Part shown: piece after piece, positions 56,643-64,000 of the stretch | How the letters are laid out: each line of letters opens with the position of its first letter | Position numbering within the stretch: the stretch's first letter is position 1 | Assembly (NCBI GenBank): GCA_036264355.1 | Contig: DATARD010000198.1 | Span: 15,565-79,564, forward strand | Source of the DNA: Thermoanaerobaculia bacterium | GTDB lineage: Bacteria; Acidobacteriota; Thermoanaerobaculia; Multivoradales; UBA5704 | Direction of reading: 5' to 3' | DNA: 64,000 nt | The notes under the pieces: generated by a model | Seen by the model: only the letters and a program-made list of their open reading frames with translations | Told to the model about the DNA's origin: nothing | The model's database searches: none | Program-made: the position numbers and the translations under genes

Positions 56643-57953
56643 TCAAATCCTCACCCACAAAAAACCCATCCATGACAGCGGCTGGTCGCCGTAGGCGTCC
56701 TTGAGCGCGCTCGGGATCTCCGCGACGCTGCCGACCAGGCCGACGCCGGTCTTGCAGGTGCCGGTGTCGAGCACGTCGTAGAGATAGCCGAGGGAGACTT
56801 TGCCGACGGTGAAGACCTCGCCGGCATGCCCGAGGCTCTGCGCAGCGAGCAGCTCGTCGTTCTGCAGCCGCTCGGCGCGGCCGAAGAGGGTGTGCCGGCT
56901 GTGGGTGACCGCGGATTCGACGAGCCAGGCGTCGGTGGTGCGGCCGGGGCTGCGCATGTTCCGTCCCCAGGCGAAGGTGGTCTGCCAGGTGCCGCCGGCG
57001 AGCGGCCGGTTGTAGATGGCGGAGAGGGTGGCGCGGTCGGTGTCGACCTGCGGCTCGAGTTGCTCCGGGCTGTGCAAGTGGCCGTAGCTCGCCTGGAACG
57101 ACCAGTCCTGCGCCGGATTGAACGAGAGGCGGGCGGACCAGGAGTCCATCTTCGGGCTCTCGATGTCCGTGCGGTTCTGGTCCGGCTCGCGGCCGGTGAA
57201 GACCGAGCCTTCGAGCTTGAGCGGGCCGCGCACCCAGCCGAGCGTGGCGACGCCGAAGGTGACGTGCGTCGAGTCCAGCCAGTGGTGCGACAGCGGCGCC
57301 TCGGGGTTCTCCAGCGCCGAGAAACGGTGCATGAACGCCGGCGGCCCCAGCGCCGGCTCCCCCGGCAGGCCCAGGTAGACGAAGACCGAGCCGTCACTCC
57401 CGATCGGCAGGCTGTAGCTTCCCGACAGCTCCATGAACAGGTCGTGCGGATGCTGGCGGTCGACCAGCGGATCGTGCCCGTTCGCGGTCTCCCCGGTCTG
57501 CAAGAGGAGCGGATAGCCCGAGCGGCCGATCGTCCACGGCTCGGCGGAGATCATCGCGCGGAAGCCCAGCCGTCCCGGGCCGAGCGAGCGGTTCGCCATC
57601 CCCATCAGCATGTTCTCGCTGAAGGTCTTCGTGTCACCCCGCGGCCCGTCCTGGTGGTCGTAGAGTACCGTGGCGTAGCCGTGCAACATCAGCTCCCACG
57701 GCCCCGCCATTTGGTGCAGGCCGGTGTGCGGCGCGGAGTCCGGCTGCCACGACGTGCCCGACGCCTCCCGGGTCATCGGATACGGCCCGAGCAGGGCGTG
57801 CATCTCATGCATCGAGTGCATCGAGTGATCCATCCCCTCCATTCCCGGCATGTTCTGCATGTCCTGCATATCCTCGTGCTGCGCCCAGACCGGCGCGGCC
57901 AGGACCAGGGCGGCCAGCAGAGCCGCCCCCCGGCTCCAGAATCCTCTCGTCAT
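56643..57953 (-). CDS. outer-membrane beta-barrel protein with Met/His-rich N-terminal segment
   Basis: Signal peptide ALLAALVLAAPVWAQ. HEDMQDMQNMPGMEGMDHSMHSMHEMH. Alternating beta-strand pattern to the C-terminus. Confidence 0.7.
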   Translation of the reverse strand: MTRGFWSRGAALLAALVLAAPVWAQHEDMQDMQNMPGMEGMDHSMHSMHEMHALLGPYPMTREASGTSWQPDSAPHTGLHQMAGPWELMLHGYATVLYDHQDGPRGDTKTFSENMLMGMANRSLGPGRLGFRAMISAEPWTIGRSGYPLLLQTGETANGHDPLVDRQHPHDLFMELSGSYSLPIGSDGSVFVYLGLPGEPALGPPAFMHRFSALENPEAPLSHHWLDSTHVTFGVATLGWVRGPLKLEGSVFTGREPDQNRTDIESPKMDSWSARLSFNPAQDWSFQASYGHLHSPEQLEPQVDTDRATLSAIYNRPLAGGTWQTTFAWGRNMRSPGRTTDAWLVESAVTHSRHTLFGRAERLQNDELLAAQSLGHAGEVFTVGKVSLGYLYDVLDTGTCKTGVGLVGSVAEIPSALKDAYGDQPLSWMGFLWVRI

Positions 57954-58028
57954 ACATCCTCCTCGATGCCGCCAGATGGCCGCGGCCCGGCCGGCGCGAG
58001 GATCATTCTCTAACAGTAACGTCTCGGA

Positions 58029-60261
58029 TCAATGGCGTGGCACAGCCAGCGGCGGCTCACAGGCCGGATTGCCGGCGAAATAGCCGACGAAGTGCTTCAG
58101 CTCGTCTTGCGTGCCTTTGAGCAGGGCAACCTTGCCGGTCTCGATCGGAGGGATCGATCCGGGAGCGAACGAGTTGGCGATGATCAGCGCGTCGAGCACT
58201 TTCTGGCTCATCTGGAGCGCCACGTCGACTTGGGCGAGCCAGTCGGCCTTGGTGCCCTGCCAGTTGGTGATCTCGACGATGCCGTGGCGCAGTTGCAGGA
58301 CGTAGCCTTCGCTGCCGAAGTCCTGTTCCGTGGGCTCGAACCAGAAGCCGAGCGCCATGCCGGCCTTCTCGTGGGCCGCCCGCTGGCCGTCGAGATGCCA
58401 GGTCCAGGAGGCCACCCAGTCGGCGATCGGCACTCTCGCCTGGATTACCGGCGACACGAGGCCGGCCGGGAGATAGTTGATGAAACAGTTGCCGGGCGGA
58501 TTGTCGAGCTCCTTGGCGGCGGTGAAGTACCAGTCGCTCCAGTTCGGATCGATCGCCCGCGCGCCGAGCTTGCGGAAAGCGTCCGCCTTGATCTTGCGGG
58601 CGGTCATGTCGTCGGGATGGGCGCGGACGAGGATCGTCGCGAGCTCCGCCGCCCATTGGAAGTCTTCGCGGCCCTTCCCGGCGAGGGCACCCTGGGCCGC
58701 TTCGAGCACGCTCTTGTGGCTGTTGACCAGGGCGATCATCCGCTCGGCCGCCTGGGTGGGTGGGATCGGAGAGAGGGTGACCGGGTCGGCGTTGTACCAG
58801 CCGACGTAGCCGAAATAGGTCTCCCGCACTCCTTGCGGCACCGAGCCGTAGAACGGTATCAGGTAGTCCTCGGTGTGAACCGGACCCTGGAATGAGTCGT
58901 TGCCCGGCGCGTTGGGCCAGGGCACCAGCGTCTTCAAGTCCTCGACCACCACGTCGGGCACTTTGACCTTCTCGACCAGCTCGTCGGGGGTGTACCCCAT
59001 GTTCATGTAGCGCAAGGTCTGATCGTGGGTGAACTGGATCGCGTCGCGAAAGTTGGTCAGCAACAGTTGGATGTTCTTGCGCTGGCAGACTGGCGGCCCG
59101 TGGCTCGGCACCATGCACCAGGAGTCGAGGTTGCGCAGCTTGTCGACGCTCTGATACCAGGTCTCGGGGCTGCGGTATTGCGTGCCGCGCAGGCTGTAGA
59201 GGTTGGGGAAGGCCGGTCCCTGGATCACTTCGGCCGAGAACAGCAGGCCGCTCTTGCCGACGCTCGCCGCGGCGCCGTTTTCGGCGTCGGGAACGAACAC
59301 GGCCAGCTCGTCGTTGGTCTCGCTCGGCACGTAGATCACCTGCATGTTGACGCCCGCGGCGGAGAGGTCGAGCTGCTCGGAGAAGGTGCGCGACGGCATG
59401 CGGAAGCCGGAGAGACCCTTGCTGAGGAAGGGTCCGATGCCGTTGGTGATCGCCTTGCCGACATTGGCTCCCGGTGGATTCCCGGCGGGCTTGCCGTCCC
59501 GATACCGCTGTCGAGCTTGATGCCATACATGTAGATCGAGCGCGCCTGGATGATCTGCCCCGACACCGTCGAGGTGTTGACCACGGCGTCGGTGACGCCC
59601 TCCTGGCAGATGATCTCGACGCAGTTGCGGCGGCCGACGTACGCGCCGTCGGCGCCGGCGACCGCAGGATCCTCGATCGGACAGGCTTCCTTGTCGGCCA
59701 TGTCCAGATAGCCGAGCACGCCGCCGGTGTGGTCGATGTGGTTGTGGGTGTAGATGATGGCGTCGATCGGCAGCTTGGTGAGCGCCGCGCCGTACTTGCG
59801 GTTGTAGAGCGCCAGAAGGTCGGCGCCCGCCTTCCTGGCGGCGCTGGCGTCTTCGAGGGTGTCGATGATGATCACCCGCCGGGCGCCGTCCACGTCGGTG
59901 CGCGGGCCGACCACCATCATGCTGTGGCGAGGCCGTAGGCGATGGCGCTATAGGTGTCGTAGTCGAGCCCCGCCGGCCGCTCGGCCAGGGCATAGGCGCT
60001 CGTCTGCAGGTCGAGGATGTGCGCCGGCTGGGCGGCGTCTTTCGACAGGAAATAGTTGTTGTGCTCCTCCTGGCGCTTCGTCGCCTCACCCGGATCGACG
60101 AAGTTCTGGTTGATGCCGGTCTTCGCCTCGCCGGCCGCGGGCTGGGCGGCGAGACCGCCCGGCCCGAGCAGCGCCGCCGCGAGGACGGCCACGAGCACCA
60201 CGGTCAAATGGATGGGGCGCCCACCCCAGGTCGCAAGGCTCCTCCCAAGGATCATGCTCAA
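58029..60261 (-). pseudogene. alkyl/aryl-sulfatase-like metallo-beta-lactamase protein (SdsA1/YjcS type), interrupted by two frameshifts
   Basis: Three collinear frames: signal peptide + N-terminus (60261-59917); MBL core with THNHIDHTGG (59920 to ~59500); dimerisation and SCP2-like C-terminal part (~59500-58029). Shifts lie near 59921 and at the ccc run 59498-59500. Confidence 0.7.
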
Positions 60262-60366
60262 ACCCTCCTTTCACTTCGTGTCCAGCGATAGATGCGGCAT
60301 GGTACCGCAAATCTACGGCTGCGGATGTCGTACGGCATGGATGGCTGAAGGGTCGCCAGCAGAGAC

Positions 60367-63300
60367 TCAGCTGCGGCGGCCGTAGCGGTCCAGGATCCAC
60401 TCGTCGTCCAGTCTCCAGGGATAGGCGAGCGCCGAAAGCTCACTGACACGGTAGCCGAGAAAAGTCTCCTTGAGCTGGTCAGACCGAGCCGCGGCGCGAT
60501 CCTGCGCCGCCCAGAGAAGAAGAAGCGCCTCCCCTTTCAACCGGCGCCCGAGGTTCTCGCCAAGAATTCTTTCCCAGTCCCAAGCATCAACCCTCCGATC
60601 CGCGCATTCCAGAAAAAGCCGGCCCGCGGCCCAGCGATCCGCCACACCCTCGGCCCGCAAAAACTTCTCGAACCAGCTCTCCGCCCAAGCCTCCAGAGAC
60701 TGTCGCGAGAGAGCGATCTCCGCCTGTTCGCGCACCCAGACAGAAGGATCCTGACTCCGGAGGGCCTCAAGCTGCTCCTGACCTTCTCCGAGCCAACCGA
60801 GGATCGCCGCCGCCCGCGCCCTGGCCTCAGCCCGTGGATCAGCGCTGAGATCTCGGGCGAGGCCGTGCAAGCGCTGCTTGTCCTGGCAACGAGCCCCCAG
60901 AGCGATCTCAAGAAGCTCCAAATCGGTGCGGGCGTCGAGGATCAGATCGGCGAGAAAGCCTCGCGCCAGCCCGTCATCGCTTTCAGGCTGGTTCAGCGCC
61001 ACGAGCACCCAGTCCAGCCCATGGCTGTACAAACGAGAGCCGCCCCCGAACCTCCGGCGCTGGAATGGATAGACCTGCGGCCAAAGCACCCTCGCCTGCC
61101 CGGCAGCGTTGCGCAGGCACCAGTCGAATGTTGGCCGAATCAGCCCTCCCAACCAACGCCAGCCGGAACCGTCCCAAGCGGTGAACGCCCGGGTCCATTC
61201 GGCGACGCGCCGGGCGTCGAGGTGGATCATGAGCTCGGAGGGGAGGTCGTGTCCCTGCCAGTGCGGAAAGATGCCGGCTCGTTGCGCCTCATAGTGCTTA
61301 AGATCGGTCGAGATCTCATCCAGAAAGTCTCTTGCGTCCTCCGGCCTTCGCGCTGCCGAGATCGCACGCCAAGAGTCATCGAGGTGATCTTTGATCTGTT
61401 CGTGAGGATAATTTCTGATCATGAGACGTGAAGCATGGTCGGCGGCCTGCGTCCGGTCTTGTTCCTTGGCATCGGACCAAGCAGCGACCTCACCGCTCGC
61501 AATGGGCAACAAAAGCTTGAGGTCGATGCTCTCGATGCGCTGCTGAACAGCCAGAGCGAGAGCTGAAGTGACCTCCAAGGCCTTTCCCGCACGGAGAGTC
61601 CGGCGGATCGCGGCGATCTCTCTTACCGGCAGACAAGGAGAACCTCCCGCTGCCGCCAGCAAGGATCGTAACAAGCTTTTTCGATGCGGATCCTGGGTCG
61701 CCTGGAGAGCCTCTACCAACACCTTTCGGTCGGCCACTGTAGAGAGAAAGCCGGCAAGCGCCAGGGTTTGCTTGTGCTGCCACCTCTCCTTCTGATCCAC
61801 CAGCAGGGCCATGGTCTCGACGGCCGTGGCGGAGGGTAGCAGGGCCAGAGTGATCTCCCGTTGTTCAACCCATTGGCGCTCGTTGCGGCGTCGCGAAAGC
61901 CGAAGAGCCCGCCGCAAGTCCTTGCGCGCCTCGCCACCGGCGAGAGCAGCATGCCCCCTCAGCTCCAGAAGAGAAAGCTGCCTACCCTCCTGAATATCGC
62001 GGGAAATGTCTTGGAGGGCCTGCACGATCACCTTGGCCCCCAGATCTGGTGCCCGAGCAGCCATCGCGGGGCACAGATCGTCGAGGTCGCTCAGCATCTT
62101 CCGGCCGCCCGCTCTCCCCTCCTCCGAGAGTTGGTGCTCAAGGGTTTGTGCGAACGCAATCTGCTCGGCCTCCGGAAGCGGCGCCAAAGCGGGGTCGCCG
62201 AGCAGATCAGACGCTTGCTCTTCTTCCTCCAGCCCTTGGCGCAGGCGTTCTCCAACGGGTTGGAGATCGGCCCGGCCGGCGATCTGGACCAGCATGCGCA
62301 GAGCCTTGGCCAATGGGTCATTCGGCTCCGCCGTGGGCCGGGAGATTTCTTGTTCGAACCAAGAGGACGGAGCCGCTTCGAGCGCACGCCGGACGGCCCA
62401 GAGGTCACCCGAGCCGATCCTCTCTTCAAGGACGATACGCACGATAACGAAGGCCAGCAGATCGTCCGGCCCGACAAGATCGGGCGCGCGGCTCACCAGG
62501 TAGAGGCCCAGAGACTGCAAATCCAGGACGTCCAGGCCTTCGACGATCTGGAGGCCTAAGTGCCCGAGGCAAGGTAGCGCGACCCGGTGGCGAAGGCGGG
62601 GCGCTACCGCCGCCTTGGCCGCGACATTCGCAGTATCAGTTTTCCGCTCGGTCTTGGCTCGTGCGCGCTGGAGCCAGCTCCCCTCCAGCGGCACGAAGCG
62701 GAACCACTCTCGCACCGCCTGCCGCAAGCGACTTTTTTCTTCCCCATTAGCTTGCACCGCTTCGCCAAAAACCATGAATACGATCTCGCGCAGCCGGTTT
62801 CTTCGCTTCGCCGTATGCCAGATCGACCGCCAGTTTCGGAAAAGAGGCTCGAAGAGGAGCCGCCGGAGCTCGTAAATGGCCTCAAGGTCTTGTTTGCTCA
62901 GATTGCGAGAGCCAAGCCACTTCTCGAGAACTGTGTCCAGGACCTCAAGAGATTCCACGGAGGAGCCGCCTTCTCGGCCGCCGGCCGCAGCGACTTCAAC
63001 CAACATCAAGGTCGAAGCGGCACGCAAGGCATCGACGGCCTCGTCCCCGTCGGGCTGAGGTGCCAGACAAGAGTCGAGGGTTTCCTTCAAATCCTCTTTC
63101 TGCCGAGAAGACTTGATGAGGGCATCCCGCAGGAAAAGGGCGTATCCCATCGTCAACCGGCTTGGCTCTACGGTGTAGTTCCCGAGATCGCCGCAGAGAG
63201 CTCCCTGCGAACGAAGGTCTGCGAGAACACGCGGTACCTCGGCCGTCAAATCCTTGAGCAGTCTCCGGACCTCGGCTTCGCCGAGGAATTTCTGATCGAG

Positions 63301-64000
63301 CCACTGCTGCGCAAGGTCGCGCAAGAAAGCCTGGTACTGCGAAGGGCCCCAATCCACCATTCCCTCTCGCTGGCCGACTTTGTCGCAGAGGTCCAGCCAG
63401 TGCAGGACCTCCGCCGTCACCGCGGCGTAGTCCTTCAGGCGAAGTCGATGTGCGACCAGCAAGCCGAGATACCGTGGCCGCCGGGCGAGAGACCGGGCGC
63501 TGGGCGGGAGAGACTCCAAGAAGTCGGCAGGAAGCTTCAACAGAGCGAGGGCATCCCGGAGCTCCTCGTCATCGAACGGACCGAGAGGAACCTCCACGAA
63601 CTCGAGGCAATTCGGCCGGCCTGCTGGATCTGTCTCGCCATCGAGCCGGAGGGGCTCCGCGCCTGGAAGAAGCTCCTTCAACTCCTTCCAGGCATGCTCG
63701 CGCACCGTGACGATCAAAGCGGCAGGCCGACAATCGATCTCTCCCCGCCCCAGCGCGGCCTCGAGGTGCCGCTGCCAGACGGCATGGCTCGGCGCGTATT
63801 CGTTGAGACCGTCGAGGACCACCACCGCCCAAGGGGTCTTGGCCACGTTTCGGCCACGGAAGTGACGTACGAACGCCTCAATGTCCGCACTCGCCCTCGG
63901 GACCACCTCCGCGAGGTCCTCGCTCTGCATCTTGGTGAGCCTTCGGCTCGACTGCAAGCCGCGGCCCGAGCCCATGAAAAAAATTGGGACCTCCGACAGC
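60367..64000 (-). CDS. large STAND (NACHT-like) NTPase with long helical-repeat C-terminus; 5' end outside window
   Basis: The frame is open to the window edge. Walker-B-like AVVVLDGLNE near the visible N-terminus. About 1000 aa of helical repeats including HEAT-like DPSVWVREQAEIAL. Confidence 0.65.
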   Translation of the reverse strand, partial: LSEVPIFFMGSGRGLQSSRRLTKMQSEDLAEVVPRASADIEAFVRHFRGRNVAKTPWAVVVLDGLNEYAPSHAVWQRHLEAALGRGEIDCRPAALIVTVREHAWKELKELLPGAEPLRLDGETDPAGRPNCLEFVEVPLGPFDDEELRDALALLKLPADFLESLPPSARSLARRPRYLGLLVAHRLRLKDYAAVTAEVLHWLDLCDKVGQREGMVDWGPSQYQAFLRDLAQQWLDQKFLGEAEVRRLLKDLTAEVPRVLADLRSQGALCGDLGNYTVEPSRLTMGYALFLRDALIKSSRQKEDLKETLDSCLAPQPDGDEAVDALRAASTLMLVEVAAAGGREGGSSVESLEVLDTVLEKWLGSRNLSKQDLEAIYELRRLLFEPLFRNWRSIWHTAKRRNRLREIVFMVFGEAVQANGEEKSRLRQAVREWFRFVPLEGSWLQRARAKTERKTDTANVAAKAAVAPRLRHRVALPCLGHLGLQIVEGLDVLDLQSLGLYLVSRAPDLVGPDDLLAFVIVRIVLEERIGSGDLWAVRRALEAAPSSWFEQEISRPTAEPNDPLAKALRMLVQIAGRADLQPVGERLRQGLEEEEQASDLLGDPALAPLPEAEQIAFAQTLEHQLSEEGRAGGRKMLSDLDDLCPAMAARAPDLGAKVIVQALQDISRDIQEGRQLSLLELRGHAALAGGEARKDLRRALRLSRRRNERQWVEQREITLALLPSATAVETMALLVDQKERWQHKQTLALAGFLSTVADRKVLVEALQATQDPHRKSLLRSLLAAAGGSPCLPVREIAAIRRTLRAGKALEVTSALALAVQQRIESIDLKLLLPIASGEVAAWSDAKEQDRTQAADHASRLMIRNYPHEQIKDHLDDSWRAISAARRPEDARDFLDEISTDLKHYEAQRAGIFPHWQGHDLPSELMIHLDARRVAEWTRAFTAWDGSGWRWLGGLIRPTFDWCLRNAAGQARVLWPQVYPFQRRRFGGGSRLYSHGLDWVLVALNQPESDDGLARGFLADLILDARTDLELLEIALGARCQDKQRLHGLARDLSADPRAEARARAAAILGWLGEGQEQLEALRSQDPSVWVREQAEIALSRQSLEAWAESWFEKFLRAEGVADRWAAGRLFLECADRRVDAWDWERILGENLGRRLKGEALLLLWAAQDRAAARSDQLKETFLGYRVSELSALAYPWRLDDEWILDRYGRRS

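Overview
GC-rich chromosomal segment from a diderm bacterium (it has a TonB-dependent receptor and outer-membrane barrels). All calls come from reading the supplied translations and the DNA by eye; no database search was run. About 50 genes look real. Many long ORFs in the track are antisense or out-of-frame GC artefacts. Main content: (i) secreted paralogous proteins and Vgb-like beta-propellers; (ii) a single-module Pls/PosA-type NRPS (A-T plus membrane-embedded hexapeptide-repeat domains), divergent from a TauE/SafE exporter; (iii) Uma2 nuclease, an NTase-APH operon, a phosphoesterase and an MFS transporter; (iv) a decay zone with deletion-riddled remnants of an FtsX permease, pfk and pyruvate:ferredoxin oxidoreductase around an intact two-component system; (v) GH3-family enzyme plus a PAP2-like/phytoene-synthase-like fusion, and vapBC; (vi) a small catabolic cluster (cyclase/KynB-like, diiron ferritin-like, 3-hydroxyacyl-CoA dehydrogenase, SDR, MDR); (vii) a 15-kb secretome island (thermolysin-like protease, TonB receptor with two small Cys/His proteins, BNR sialidase-like protein, S8 protease, Vgb-like propeller); (viii) a cluster of two Zn-finger/TPR proteins, two XRE regulators and two small secreted Cys-rich peptides; (ix) arsC, a Met/His-rich OM barrel, a frameshifted alkylsulfatase-like gene and a 5'-truncated STAND/NACHT-like NTPase. 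The most unusual signals are non-genic or regulatory. Four separate intergenic arrays all have a strict 21-nt period, including a 15-copy array that fills the divergent promoter region of the XRE/Cys-peptide cluster. That cluster is my best candidate for an undescribed peptide-sensing regulatory module.
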